Positions 1 to 12,105 of a DNA stretch of 64,000 bases are shown one piece after another. The position numbers and the translations under genes were made by a program. Origin of the DNA: Lingula anatina. Taxonomy: Eukaryota; Animalia; Brachiopoda. The stretch lies in contig CM120646.1 in assembly GCA_051362555.1 (NCBI GenBank), positions 8,184,001 to 8,248,000 of the forward strand, written 5' to 3'. The notes under the pieces are model-generated. The model ran no database searches, was not told the origin of the DNA, and saw nothing but the letters and a program-made list of their open reading frames with translations. How positions within the stretch are numbered: the stretch's first letter is position 1; each line of letters opens with the position of its first letter.

Positions 1-1512
1 GAAGTTATTCTGAAAGGAAAATGTAATAAAAAGTAAATATATTGCATCAAAAGCCTCTAGATTGGTGGTAATTAAGAGCAGGAAAAAAGAAACTAAAAAT
101 TGGAAAACAGCCTGACTGACTGGTGGGTACAGGTAATCTTGAAGGCATCCAATAACATGACATGTATACATCAGGGATAAAAGAACTCAACATCTCTACC
201 AAAATTTGCCAAAACAAAGTATACTGTGACACCTACTCAGGCTTTACACTCATGTGCATGTTCCAATACAGCAAATTAAACGAGTGGATGTCACATATAC
301 ATCTTTGCTGGCATACTTGACTCATATTACAACTATGTATATAAAATTATTTTTCTTGAAAGTCAGGCAATGTTTTATGCATATTTACTAAGTAATACAT
401 CTGATATAAAATCACTCCTTCATCCTAATATTTGTCTAAGTACCTCTTAATGAGTAAAACAAATTTTAATAAAATAATTACTAAGAAAAAACAATGTTAA
501 GAAGAAAGAAAAATGATGCTTTGACCTATACTGACGAAATCAATAAAAGACAATAAAACCAATACAACTTCTTAAAGTTTGAAGAACATTTGACAAAAAA
601 CCAATTTGTCTCTGTTAAAATTCTTTAAAGCCAAACAAGTAACACACTTTAGTGAATGAAACAAATACTGCAGAACAGACATTTTTATTTTTATCAGTAT
701 GTTACATTAACACTAAAGTCCTAAGTGAAGTACCAGTAAAATTGAAGAAAAACTTTTTTTGTGATTTTTGTGGATTTTTGTGAATTTGCCACAGTCACTG
801 TCAGTTAGTCACTAGTGTTAGTACAGTGTTAGATCATAGTTATGAAGGGCCACTCAGCTAAACAGTTTTACAATTAGGTACTGACTGTGACATATGATGA
901 GAAGGGAGGATTGGAGTGTTCAGTGGTCACAGGGAAAAATCAAGGGAAAGAGACGCAGAGGAAGACTAAATGTCAAGAGTTTAGGTTTATGGATGGGCAT
1001 GTCCAGTGTAACAATTCTGAGATCATGCAAAAAGAGTTGTTGAGGTCTATGACAGTCAATGTCCTGCAAGTGGAATATACTTAAAAAGAGGGAGACTGGC
1101 TCTTTCATGATAGTTCATTAACAGCAATTGGGAAAAAGCATGTCATATGAATTATGATATTTGTTCATTAAATTTATAAAATATATACCTGTATTGAAAA
1201 AAAGTTTTGATTTTCATGTTTCAAGTCAAAATATCTTACTGCACTCTATTTTCTTAAAAAAGCTAAGCCTAGTGAAAATTAAGCAGTATTTACTATGTAT
1301 GTAATTGTACCTGCTGAAAGTATTTTGGTATGCAAAAACAAGGTATACATTATTTTGACATTTTATTTACAAACATTGGAAAAGAGCGCATACCACATTA
1401 ATTATTCATTTCATTTATATATTTCTTTGCCAGCTCCAAGTCTAATTTTCTGTCTAAATATAATAAATATATTAATCTATTCAGTATATATAGCCAAAAG
1501 CCCCAGGCAAAA

Positions 1513-3075
1513 TTATGCAGTTTTTGATTTATCCTGCTGAAAATATTTCACTACACTTTTTATTAGTTTCCATGACAATACTGCAAGAAGTGCATAAGCA
1601 GAAATGAGCAAACATTTAACTGCCACTTTGTAAGCAATGACATCCAGTAGAAAATACTGATACCAGTTTAAACTATAAGCTGCTTGGGAATGAAAGTGAA
1701 GAGGTCCATTGTGACGCATGGTGTAGTTGAGCCAAAATAAGAGTTCTTCTTGTCCTGACATAGGAGTGTCTTGCAAAATTAGTGAAATCTTCTCTGCATT
1801 TTCTTTGAAAGATTTTTCATTCATGACCTTTACAATGGCATTTTCTAACTTAGTTTCAGTAAGGGTTAGATAATCCAGGGAAACCCCAACTTTAACACGA
1901 TCTGTTAATTTTCTGGCATTTTGGGGCTGATCCCAAAAGAGAGGAATGGCCACCACAGGCACTGCATGGTACAGGGTCTCCCACATGCTGCTTACTCCAC
2001 AGTGGGTGATGAACAGTTTAGTGGCTGGGTGGGCAAGAAGATCATTCTGTGGAAACCACTTTACCAGATGTGTGTTACTACCCAGTGACTTTGGAGCTTT
2101 TCCATCATGGCGCCAAATTACCTTCTGGGGAAGCTGAGCAAAAACTCTTGCAAGCACTTCTGCTTTTTCCTCTTCCAAATGTGGCACAATAGTTCCAAAG
2201 CTTAGTAGAATAACCCCATGAGTAGCAGTTGTAACAATATCATTGTAAAACTTGGGCAGAGGTTTTGCTGGCGTCCACAGGAGTCCAGAGATAGGTTTGA
2301 CATGGGGCATGACTGGTCTGGGGTAATCTAAGGCAAAATGGGCATTTGCAGCAATCATAAGAGAAACCCTCTCAAATGCATGCTTCATGTGTGGAATATT
2401 TTCCTCTGGAAGATACTTTAATCTGAGCCCTTCTATATAGTCCATCTTTTCATCCAGCCAGCCTTGAATACTTTGGTCCACCTCATAATTGTGTAACCTT
2501 TCCCAAAAGTCCATATGGTCAGAGAGTCCAGTGGGAATGTTAGGCATGAATGAGTAAAAAATGGGTTGATGAAAAATGTACCAAGGGTTCCAAAAGCCGT
2601 GGTTCCAGTAACCAACTGATGGCACTTTCAAATACTCATTAAGAAGAGTACCTGCTGCTATATTAAAAGGATCAAAGAAATAAAGTGAGAAGTTGGAGTT
2701 TTTCAAGTGTATCAAAGTATCCTTATCACTGAACAATGCATGGCAAAGGAAGTAATCAAGTTGGTCTGATTGTTTAAGAGAAATAACTGGATCATCTTCG
2801 AGAGCAGTCTGAAGATCCAACACTCCACCTTTGTTGACTTCAATTTCAATGATATGAAATCTGATCAGTTTCACATCAGCTAGGTCAAGCTTTGGTTTAT
2901 AATGGTCTGCAACCAGCATGGTAATCTCGTGGCCCTGGTCTCGCAGCAAGATGGCAATCTTTTCCATATTGAATGTTCTTGAATTGAATACATGGGTGAG
3001 TGGAAAAACAAATATCTTTGCACCCTCACAAACGCTTGTCAAAATAGGCATCCACAGTAAATGAAATGCAAGCAT
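1513..3075 (-). CDS. UDP-glycosyltransferase (UGT, GT1 family), paralogue 1; single coding exon, 520 aa
   Basis: Signal peptide, GHEIT motif, UGT signature WFPQNDLLAHPATKLFITHCGVSSMWETLYHAVPVVAIPLFWDQ, C-terminal TM segment and KSKTA (KxKxx) tail. Possible 67-nt 5'UTR intron 3112-3178 (AG|GTATGA ... TTTCTAG). Confidence 0.95.
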   Translation of the reverse strand: MLAFHLLWMPILTSVCEGAKIFVFPLTHVFNSRTFNMEKIAILLRDQGHEITMLVADHYKPKLDLADVKLIRFHIIEIEVNKGGVLDLQTALEDDPVISLKQSDQLDYFLCHALFSDKDTLIHLKNSNFSLYFFDPFNIAAGTLLNEYLKVPSVGYWNHGFWNPWYIFHQPIFYSFMPNIPTGLSDHMDFWERLHNYEVDQSIQGWLDEKMDYIEGLRLKYLPEENIPHMKHAFERVSLMIAANAHFALDYPRPVMPHVKPISGLLWTPAKPLPKFYNDIVTTATHGVILLSFGTIVPHLEEEKAEVLARVFAQLPQKVIWRHDGKAPKSLGSNTHLVKWFPQNDLLAHPATKLFITHCGVSSMWETLYHAVPVVAIPLFWDQPQNARKLTDRVKVGVSLDYLTLTETKLENAIVKVMNEKSFKENAEKISLILQDTPMSGQEELLFWLNYTMRHNGPLHFHSQAAYSLNWYQYFLLDVIAYKVAVKCLLISAYALLAVLSWKLIKSVVKYFQQDKSKTA

Positions 3076-3371
3076 TTTAAAAGTTGTCTCGCTTATGGAA
3101 CAGTGTATAACCTAGAAAAGCTTACAGCTTAAGATTAAGGCCACAGGCTGATAAGAATGTTTTGGGTCAGACTCATACCTAGTTACTATGCAGTGTTACC
3201 TCTGGGCTGTGCCATTGCACCATTCACACAATGAAGACAGTGATGTCCCTTATTTTGAGGCATGCAGTGCCACTAAGGGCACAGAATAACAAAAATACTC
3301 ACAATAGCACTCAACATATGCCCCAAATGGAGCTCTATTGTTTACTTGGCATGTGTAGTTCTATGTTCTAA

Positions 3372-3585
3372 GGGCGCATTCCCATAGATTTTAGATTGAT
3401 CTATCCCCGTGGGGAGTCTCACTAAATTATTGTCAGATTATCCGGCTTAAATGTCCATCACGCCTACTACAAGCGGTAAGGGGATAATTAACTTTCGTGC
3501 CCGCTTGGCTGACAGCTATTTAGTGTGAACCCCCAGGGAGTTAGGTCGAACTAGTTGGATTGATCTTATCTCTGGGAATGGGGTC
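3372..3585. mobile_element. PIF/Harbinger-type MITE (family 1)
   Basis: TIRs ...CATTCCCATAGAT / ATCTCTGGGAATG..., TAA TSD. Confidence 0.8.
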
Positions 3586-5272
3586 TAAGAGGTTTGTGGG
3601 GGTACATGCAGCCCGTTGTGGCCAGTACTGAATGGCCCGTTTTGCACAGATCACTATAAATGATTGATACTAGCATTCTTTCAAATACACTATCTGATAC
3701 AATTAGTTACTCTAAGTTTTTTTTTACATCAAGTCTTGGCAAAATGTCAGATTTGTATCAACAACTATTTTAAAAGTACAAGGAAGCCGCCAAAAGTTTG
3801 ACTTTGCCCAATACCAGTGCTGGTTCAGACATGCATATACATGGAACATAGTAGTTTTGATATTTGCTTTTTTGTGTTTAAAGAACTCATATAACTCCTT
3901 CTTAAGGAATATGTGTAACTTGTAGCTTTTGTTGTTTTTAATGAATAAACTAGATTGAAAAATTCAGTATCAAAAGTTTCGAATAAAAATGTTTTTATCA
4001 GTTTCACAATAACTAACTAATACTAATTTGGCCATTTTGCTAAAATAAAAGTATTTGACTACAAATCAACTTATTTTTAAAATTCTAAATCTTTGAAATG
4101 AATTTATGACCAAATATTAACTATAAGCATGTTAGTACCCACCACTAAAAATGGCGAGCATCCTGGGGAGGGAGGGTGAGGTGCTGAAGGTTTCTGTATC
4201 CCTAAAACTTCTAAACAGAGAGCCCAGTTTCTCCCAGTTTTCAGAACCCAGAAGTACACCGAACAATGACAGTAAATTCAAAATGGCACCTCTTAAAACT
4301 CTTGTCGGTCCTCTGGACCGACCAAGTCCAATTTTTTACCGGTCCAGACAAATTTTGCCGGTCATGACCAATCGGACCGACAGTTTCAGCATGTCTGTAA
4401 AGTCCACACCAAATTTGTTTTGTTCTGGACAATCAGCAGGGTATTCTAGTAGCGCATCTTACTTCACCACTAACAAAAGTTCATTTATCTTTTTGAAAGG
4501 AAAAATCCTACCCAAGTTTGACGGCATGAGAACTAAGGTGTGCCTCTTAGAAACACAAAAACAAAGAACTCAATTGAGCAGAAGCTACAGTTGATGGAAG
4601 ATAAATATTAATATATGAAAGAGAAAAGTTCTTTAAAATTTGCTACCTTTTATAAATTACAACATTACTTTCATCATAACTAAACAGCTTTTAATTCACA
4701 GACTAGCTTTTTATTCATTAACAATGTTGAATGGCTATTATTCACCTGCTCTTTCATTTAAACTTGCTTTTTTCAATCACTTTGAACATGTTAAATCACT
4801 AAAAATGTCAAAATTTGATAAATGTCATTAAGGTAAAAGATGAAACTATGCAAAGGCATATACTCTATAGAAATTTTATAAAAGCAACAAGAAAAAGCAT
4901 TTGTCTCTTTTGAAGAATGAAAAGTTATTTAACTAGAAACCAATTAACCTCTAAGTCACAATGTAGGCTCTGTTAAAATTCTTTGTGGCCAAACAAGAAA
5001 CATTACCAAAATAAAATTAAACAAATATTGCTGACCCAAAAGAAAGGAAGGGTGCAGGTAAGGTTAGTTGATTAACACATTTCTGGCACTGACTATATTT
5101 TGTGACTCTCATAAACAACTATAGGAAAAGACAATATACCTCATGAACAACATTATTATTAGTTTTTTATATGATATTTCCCAGTCATAAAAGTTCCAAA
5201 TGTAATTTTTCTGCCAAAATATCTTCAAAACAATATTACTCTATTTTGAGAATGAAGACAAAAAAACCTAAA

Positions 5273-6850
5273 TTAGGCTGCTTTTGATTTAACATGCTTA
5301 CTAGTAAAATATTTCAGCATGCTTCTCATTAGTTTCCACAAAAGTGCTACAAGAAAAATATAAGCAGTAATGAGCAAACAACAAACTACCATTTTGTAAG
5401 CAATAACATCCAGCTGAAAGTACTGATACCAGTTTAAACTATAAGCTGCTTGGGAATGAAAGTGAAGAGGTCCATTGTGGCGCATGGTGTAGTTGAGCCA
5501 AAATAAGAGTTCTTCCTGTCCTGACATAGGAGTGTCTTGCAAAATTCTTGAAATCTTCTCTGCATTTTCTTTGAAAGATTTTTCATTCATAACCTCCACA
5601 ATGGCATTTTTTAACTTAGTTTCAGTAAGGGTTAGATAATCAAGGGACACCCCGACTTTAACACGATCTGTTAATTTTCTGGCATTTTGGGGCTGATCCC
5701 AAAAGAGAGGAATTGCCACCACAGGCACTGCATGGTACAGAGTCTCCCACATGCTGCTTACTCCACAGTGGGTGATGAACAGTTTAGTGGCTGGGTGGGC
5801 AAGAAGATCATTCTGTGGAAACCACTTTACAAGATGTGTGTTACTACCTAGTGACTTTGGAGCTTTTCCATCATGGCGCCAAATTACCTTCTGGGGAAGC
5901 TTAGCAAAAACTCTGGCAAACGTTTCTGCTTTTTCCTCTTCCAAATGTGGCACAATAGTTCCAAAGCTTAGTAGAATAACCCCATGAGTAGCAGTTGTAA
6001 CAATATTATTGAAAAACTTGGGCAGAGGTTTTGCTGGCGTCCACAGGAGTCCAGAGATAGGTTTGACATGGGGCATGACTGGCCTGGGGTAATCTAAGGC
6101 AAAATGGGCATTTGCAGCAATCATAAGAGAAACCCTCTCATATGCATGCTTCATGTGTGGAATATTTTCCTCTCGCAGATATTTTAATCTTAGGCCTTCT
6201 ACATAATCCATCTTATCATCCAGCCAACTTTTAATACTTTGGACTACTTCATAATTGTGCAACCGTTCCCAAAAGTCCATATGGTCAGAGAATCCAGTAG
6301 GAATGTTAGGCATGAATGAATAAAATATGGGTTGATGAAAAACATACCAAAGGTTCCAAAAGCCGTGGTTCCAGTAACCAACTGATGGCACTTTCAAATA
6401 CTCATTAAGAAGAGTACCTGCTGCTATATTAATTGGATCAAAGAAAAACAGGGAAAAGTTAGAATTTCTGAACTGCATTAAAGTATCTTTATCACTGAAC
6501 AGTTTGTGGCAAAGTAGGTTATCAAGTTCGTCCAATTGTTTTAGAGCAATAACTGGGTCACGTTCAATGATGTCAAAAGCAGTCTGAAGATCCATCACAC
6601 CACCTTTGTTAAATTCTGTATCATCAATGTGAAATCTGATCAGTTTCACATCATCTAAGTCAAGCTTTGGTTTGTAATGGTCTGCAACCAGCATGGTAAT
6701 CTTGTGCCCATGGTCTCGCAGCAAGATGGCAATCTTTTCCATATTGAATGTTCTTGAATTGAATATGTGGGTTAGTGGAAAAACTAATATTTCTGCACCC
6801 TCAGAAACATTTGCCAAAATAGGCAACCACAGTAAGTAAAATGCAAGCAT
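5273..6850 (-). CDS. UDP-glycosyltransferase paralogue 2; single coding exon
   Basis: Same motifs as paralogue 1. Start placed at the MLAFY ATG (6850) by alignment with paralogues; the ORF is open further upstream to 6964. Ends KSKAA. Confidence 0.95.
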   Translation of the reverse strand: MLAFYLLWLPILANVSEGAEILVFPLTHIFNSRTFNMEKIAILLRDHGHKITMLVADHYKPKLDLDDVKLIRFHIDDTEFNKGGVMDLQTAFDIIERDPVIALKQLDELDNLLCHKLFSDKDTLMQFRNSNFSLFFFDPINIAAGTLLNEYLKVPSVGYWNHGFWNLWYVFHQPIFYSFMPNIPTGFSDHMDFWERLHNYEVVQSIKSWLDDKMDYVEGLRLKYLREENIPHMKHAYERVSLMIAANAHFALDYPRPVMPHVKPISGLLWTPAKPLPKFFNNIVTTATHGVILLSFGTIVPHLEEEKAETFARVFAKLPQKVIWRHDGKAPKSLGSNTHLVKWFPQNDLLAHPATKLFITHCGVSSMWETLYHAVPVVAIPLFWDQPQNARKLTDRVKVGVSLDYLTLTETKLKNAIVEVMNEKSFKENAEKISRILQDTPMSGQEELLFWLNYTMRHNGPLHFHSQAAYSLNWYQYFQLDVIAYKMVVCCLLITAYIFLVALLWKLMRSMLKYFTSKHVKSKAA

Positions 6851-7195
6851 TTTAAAAGTTGTCTTGCTCGGCAGAGAACCCCTTATCAAACAGTACATAA
6901 TCTCGAAAAGTTTATAGCTTTGTATTGAAATAACAACTTTATCTATTATACGGTAATGTCCCATGACTTCTATGCAGAAGAAATTTACTGTTTTGGTTGA
7001 AATGCCTGAAAGGGAGGTGCTCAGAACTTCCAGACATTCAAATCTGTGTCAGTTACCATACTGTACAAAAGGTGAGTGTAGCTTATTTCGAGAACTATAC
7101 ATACTTTTACACGAGCACTTGGAGTGTGGCCCAAGGTGTGAGGTAATGACTGGTGGAGTTGGCTAGCAACACAACACAGCATCATCACTTTTAGG

Positions 7196-7553
7196 CAGAC
7201 ATGCTGGAAACTTTTCAGAATGGCCAGACATTTGGACCGGCAGTAATGAAAAATTTGCCAGACCGAATGGATTTTTGTTGGACCGAAAATCGCCCCATTC
7301 GTTTGAGACAGATACTACCAGTAGGATTAGGTAGCTTACTTTGTTTGTGAATGTGATAGATTTCAAATGGAGGGGGAAACACTTTGGGTTTTATATAATT
7401 TTATTAGTGAAGTATGTCAAATGGCAACTGTAAATTCAAAATTGTGGTTCTTAAAATTTGTCGGCCCTTTGGACTGACCAAGTTCAATTTTTTACTTGTC
7501 CACACCAATTTTCCCGGTCATGACCGATCAGACCAACAGTTTCAGCATGTCTG
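7196..7553. mobile_element. hAT-like MITE
   Basis: TIRs CAGACATGCTG(G)AAACT / AGTTTCAGCATGTCTG. A second copy of the right end is at about 4270-4397. No clean TSD. Confidence 0.6.
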
Positions 7554-8729
7554 ATTAGGGGGGTTTCATTAAGATAACAGGGCTGCACTGCCCGCTGGCG
7601 TACTTTGCCTAAGCATTCAATTTGAGATAATAGCAGCCCTGAAGTTGGTGTCTAGTGTATTGTTTCCAAGTTTGTTTTTAAAAAGCAAACTTGGCAACCA
7701 GAAACTAGTAACCTCCACTATGGAAGATGAGCTCGGTGTTATTAGCTCTCCTCACTCTCCTGCACTGAGACCAAGATGACTGCCAATGAATGTCTATGGT
7801 GCATACAAAGCCTTCCCTGCAGAAGCTCAGCAGGGTATTTTGGTTTCTCTCTGATGTGCGGGGAGGTAAAAACAATACCCAGTCGGTGTCTATGGGGCAC
7901 AGGTAGCCTTTACTGCAGAAGCCAGGCTGGATATTACGGTTTCTTTCTGCCATATGGGGAAGCTGAAACAACTCCATATCAGTGTCTTCAGCCCACAGGC
8001 AGTCCTTATCTCAGAAGCCTAAAGTTTGGTATTATGGCTGGTTATTATGGTCCCTCCTCTGCATTCGCTGAGATGACCAACTGTTGTTATCTACATTCAA
8101 ATATAATAGGCCAGTGGGGGAATTTATTGCCCCTGATTGCCTCACCTTACTGTAGGGTGAAGCAAGTTTGATTTTATTTATTTATTAAGAACTATGCAAG
8201 CAATTAAAAAACTAGTGTCATTTTTTCAAAAAACAATTCTGATACATTCTGGTGGCAGCAGTGGTGAAACAACCAGCAGATCAGTATTCACGGTGTATAG
8301 GTTGCCTTCACCATGGAAGTTGGCCTGGGTATAACAGTCCCTCTGCGCCATACATAGTTTATGAGACAAGTTTCCACAAAATCATGTTTTTCTCACTCTA
8401 CCTACAGCTCAACTTTCTCTAAAATAGCAAGAATAAGAGACAAGCAACATCCCCAGACGTTCAATTTGGACTTTTTTTCATAATTCACCACTCAAAACAC
8501 AAGAAAACACCAATATTTCTGAGATACCAATATATGCAGTTCTGGCCCTTTGGGGTAATTAAGAATTGCACTGCATATATGCAGTCCCGGTCCCTATATC
8601 AGGTTAAAGAAGCCCCCATAATGGTGATGATGATGCTGTACTGTTTTGTGTACCAACAGTTATCTTGCACCTTGGGCTGCACAGGCAGTGCTAAAGAAAG
8701 ATATGCTTGGGCAACATAGATGACTGTTA

Positions 8730-8944
8730 GACTGCATTCCCAGAGATTTAGATCGATCCATCTGGATCGACCTAACTCCTTGGGGGTTCACGCTAAATTG
8801 CTGTCAGCCGAGCATGCACTGTAGTTAATTACCCCCTTACAGCTTTTAGTAGGCGGGACAGACTTTAAGCCTCTTAAGCTGACACCCATCTAGTGAGACT
8901 CCCCTGTGGGATACAACGATCTAAAAATCTATGGGAATGCAGTC
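8730..8944. mobile_element. PIF/Harbinger-type MITE (family 1)
   Basis: GACTGCATTCCCA...TGGGAATGCAGTC. TTA TSD confirmed by the empty paralogous site GACTGTTAGATT at about 12744. Confidence 0.88.
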
Positions 8945-9726
8945 TTAGATTATTATAAACTCGAAAATAGCCCAATGGCCGACTTATCAAAATCCTTGAA
9001 AATCACAATTGTGCAAAAAATGTTACTGGTTGAAATTCATGTGCCCAAAAGAAAACCTTCAGACAAATGATTTTAAGATCATTTGAAGTTTACAAACTGT
9101 TCAAAATTTTTCACACATTACCACAGGTTGTATGGGGTGAGTAAGTGTGTCTATGACCTTTATGTCAAATTTTACCACATGTGGAAAAGATAAAGGTCAC
9201 TGACCGAAGCTAGAATTGATGAGAGATAAAATATGTACAGTCTGAGTCTTAAGCACAAGCCTGTGGCTATTGCCCACCTAAAGTGTCACCAGGCTAGTAA
9301 AAAAAGGTTGCATTTTACAAAGCACTAACCCAAATGGGCTAGTTAGTAGTAATTTTTTGCCTATTTTAACACACAGCAAAATGTCAAAAATATTAATCGC
9401 CAATATTCTTTGTCCCCAACACTTAGTTGACTCACTGGTCACACATGGCGTGTTTATATTGCATAGTATAACTGTGATGCACTATATTGTTGTGATATAC
9501 AAGTGCCTGTTTACATGTTTGTGTGAAATTTTGCATCTTCTGTTTCCATTATATTAACGTAAGCACATGGAGCACTTGCTTACAATATGTCTGGCTTCTT
9601 GAAATGGTATAAGGGTTTCCTTCCCGGAAAAAAGAAAAGAAAAAGAAACACCCTTGCGCTTAACTTCAAGTCTTTTCTTACTTTTGAGGCCCCTATTCTT
9701 CAATTTTTTCTTCAGATCTTTATAAT

Positions 9727-9761
<35 letters not shown>

Positions 9762-10323
9762 AGTTCTATTTGCTGATACTTCGTTAGATCCATTGATTAA
9801 CTTTTCTGGTTTTTATTTAATACCGTTGATCTTGTAATATTATAGGTTTTTTCCCCACCTTTGTAAGTTCGGCGCAAATGCGGTGTTCTGCTTTTGATCC
9901 AAACCTGCTAAATTTTCCTTTCTTTCTACCATATCTTTCATTCTAATGGGTTTGTTGGGAACTTATTAAAACTATAGTGTTGATCTCGCTCACTGTTATT
10001 GTATCAGCGGGACACAAAGCACGTAAACCCAGGCATGGTTTTGAGCACCGCTGTAAGTGTTTCGACATAGCAAGGACTCACTTTCCCACAATGCAATTTC
10101 CATTTCCGGAAAAGTTAAAAAGGTCTATAGGAAAAGAATACCATAGGCATTAAGAAATTTATTAATTTCACTTATATCATATTTTTTTATCAGAAAAAAA
10201 TGACAAAATTTCAAAGTTCCTAGTTAAAATTTTCTGCCAAAATATCTTTAAAATATGATAACACTATTTTTAAAAATATATAACACCATTTTTCAAATTT
10301 TTACAAAAAAAATCTTGTCATAA

Positions 10324-10470
10324 TTATGCCATATGTGATTTAACATGCTGACAATATTTCAGTATGCTTCTCATAAGTTTCCACAAAACTGCTGAAAGAA
10401 GAAAGTAACGGTAACAAGCAACTAACTGCCACTTTGTGGGCAATGACATCCACAAAAAAGTATCAAACCA
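10324..10470 (-). pseudogene. Degraded extra copy of a UGT 3' end (TM segment and tail)
   Basis: Aligns to the WYQYFLLDVIAYKV...LWKLMRS..KY..HVKS..* coding end of the paralogues but is frameshifted. Lies just downstream of the paralogue 3 stop codon. Confidence 0.75.
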
Positions 10471-10533
10471 TACAGATGGAATGCCAATATCACTCTGTTC
10501 TGTAAATATAAACAAAACCTTTATCAAAACTAA

Positions 10534-12105
10534 TTATGCCGTTTTTGATTTAACCTGCCGAAAATATTTTGGTACTGATCTCATTAGTTTCCACAAAACT
10601 ACCGCAAGAAGAATATAAGCAGTAATGAGCAAACATCTAACTGCCACTTTGTAAGCAATGACATCCAGTAGAAAATACTGATACCAGTTTAATCTATAAG
10701 CTGCTTGGGAATGAAAGTGAAGAGGTCCATTGTGACGCATGGTGTAGTTGAGCCAAAATAAAAGTTCTTCCTGTCCTGACATAGGAGTGTCTTGCAAAAT
10801 TAGTGAAATCTTCTCTGCATTTTCTTTGTAAGATTTCTCATTCAACACTTTCCAAATGGCATTTTCTAACTTAGTTTCAGAAAGGGTTAGATAATCAAGG
10901 GACACCCCAACTTTAACACGATCTGTTAATTTTCTGGCATTTTGGGGCTGATCCCAAAAGAGAGGAATGGCCACCACGGGCACTGCATGGTACAGGGTCT
11001 CCCACATGCTGCTTACTCCACAGTGGGTGATGAACAGTTTAGTGGCTGGGTGAGCAAGAAGATCATTCTGTGGAAACCACTTTACCAGATATGTATTACT
11101 GCCTAGTGACTTTGGAGCTTTTCCATCATGGCGCCAAATTACCTTCTGGGGAAGCTTAGCAAAAACTCTGGCAAACACTTCTGCTTCTTGCTCTTCCAAA
11201 TGTGGCACAATAGTTCCAAAGCTTAGTAGAATAACCCCATGAGTAGCAGTTGTAACAATATCACTGTAAAACTTGGGCAGAGGTTTTGCTGGAGTCCACA
11301 GGAGTCCAGAGATAGGTTTGACATGGGGCATGACTGGTCTGGGGTAATCTAAGGCAAAATGGACATTTGCAGCAATCATAAGAGAAACCCTTTCATATGC
11401 ATGCTTCATGTGGGGAATATTTTCCTCTGGAAGATACTTTAATCTTAGGCCTTCTACATAATCCATCTTATCATCCAGCCAACTTTGAAGACCTTGGTGC
11501 ACCTCATAATTGTGCAACCGTTCCCAAAAGTCCATATGGTCAGAGAATCCAGTAGGAATGTTAGGCATGAATGAATAAAACATTGGTTGAAGAAAAACAT
11601 ACCAAAGGTTCCAAAAGCCGTGGTTCCAGTAACCAACTGATGGCACTTTCAAATACTCATTCAGAAGAGTACCTGTTGCTATATTAAAAGAATCAAAGAA
11701 AAAAAGGGAAAAGTTCAAGTTCCTGAACTCCATCAAAGTATCATTATCACTGAACAGTTTGTGGCAAAATAGGTTATCAAGATCCTGCCATTTTTTTAGA
11801 ACAAGGAATGGGTCATGTTCAATGATGTCAAAAGCAGTCTGAAGATCCATCACACCACCTTTGTTAAATTCTGTATCATCAATGTGAAATCTGATCAGTT
11901 TCACATCATGTAGGTCAAGCTTTGGTTTGTAATGGTCTGCAACCAGCATGGTAATCTCGTGGCCCTGGTCTCTCAGCAAGATGGCAATCTTTTCCATATT
12001 CAATGTTCTTGAATTGAATACCTGGGTAGATGGAAAAACTAATATCTTTGCACCCTCAGAGACATTTGCCAAAATAGGCAACCACAGTAAGTAAAATGCA
12101 AGCAT
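10534..12105 (-). CDS. UDP-glycosyltransferase paralogue 3; single coding exon
   Basis: Same motifs. Start at the MLAFY ATG (12105), with an alternative upstream ATG at 12153. TATAAAAG on the minus strand at about 12198-12205. Ends KSKTA. Confidence 0.95.
   Translation of the reverse strand: MLAFYLLWLPILANVSEGAKILVFPSTQVFNSRTLNMEKIAILLRDQGHEITMLVADHYKPKLDLHDVKLIRFHIDDTEFNKGGVMDLQTAFDIIEHDPFLVLKKWQDLDNLFCHKLFSDNDTLMEFRNLNFSLFFFDSFNIATGTLLNEYLKVPSVGYWNHGFWNLWYVFLQPMFYSFMPNIPTGFSDHMDFWERLHNYEVHQGLQSWLDDKMDYVEGLRLKYLPEENIPHMKHAYERVSLMIAANVHFALDYPRPVMPHVKPISGLLWTPAKPLPKFYSDIVTTATHGVILLSFGTIVPHLEEQEAEVFARVFAKLPQKVIWRHDGKAPKSLGSNTYLVKWFPQNDLLAHPATKLFITHCGVSSMWETLYHAVPVVAIPLFWDQPQNARKLTDRVKVGVSLDYLTLSETKLENAIWKVLNEKSYKENAEKISLILQDTPMSGQEELLFWLNYTMRHNGPLHFHSQAAYRLNWYQYFLLDVIAYKVAVRCLLITAYILLAVVLWKLMRSVPKYFRQVKSKTA

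Noticed and set aside
6851-6964. N-terminal extension of the 563-aa UGT ORF
   Set aside because: The upstream ATG at 6964 has no equivalent in the paralogues, overlaps a TATA-like box and would bury the signal peptide.
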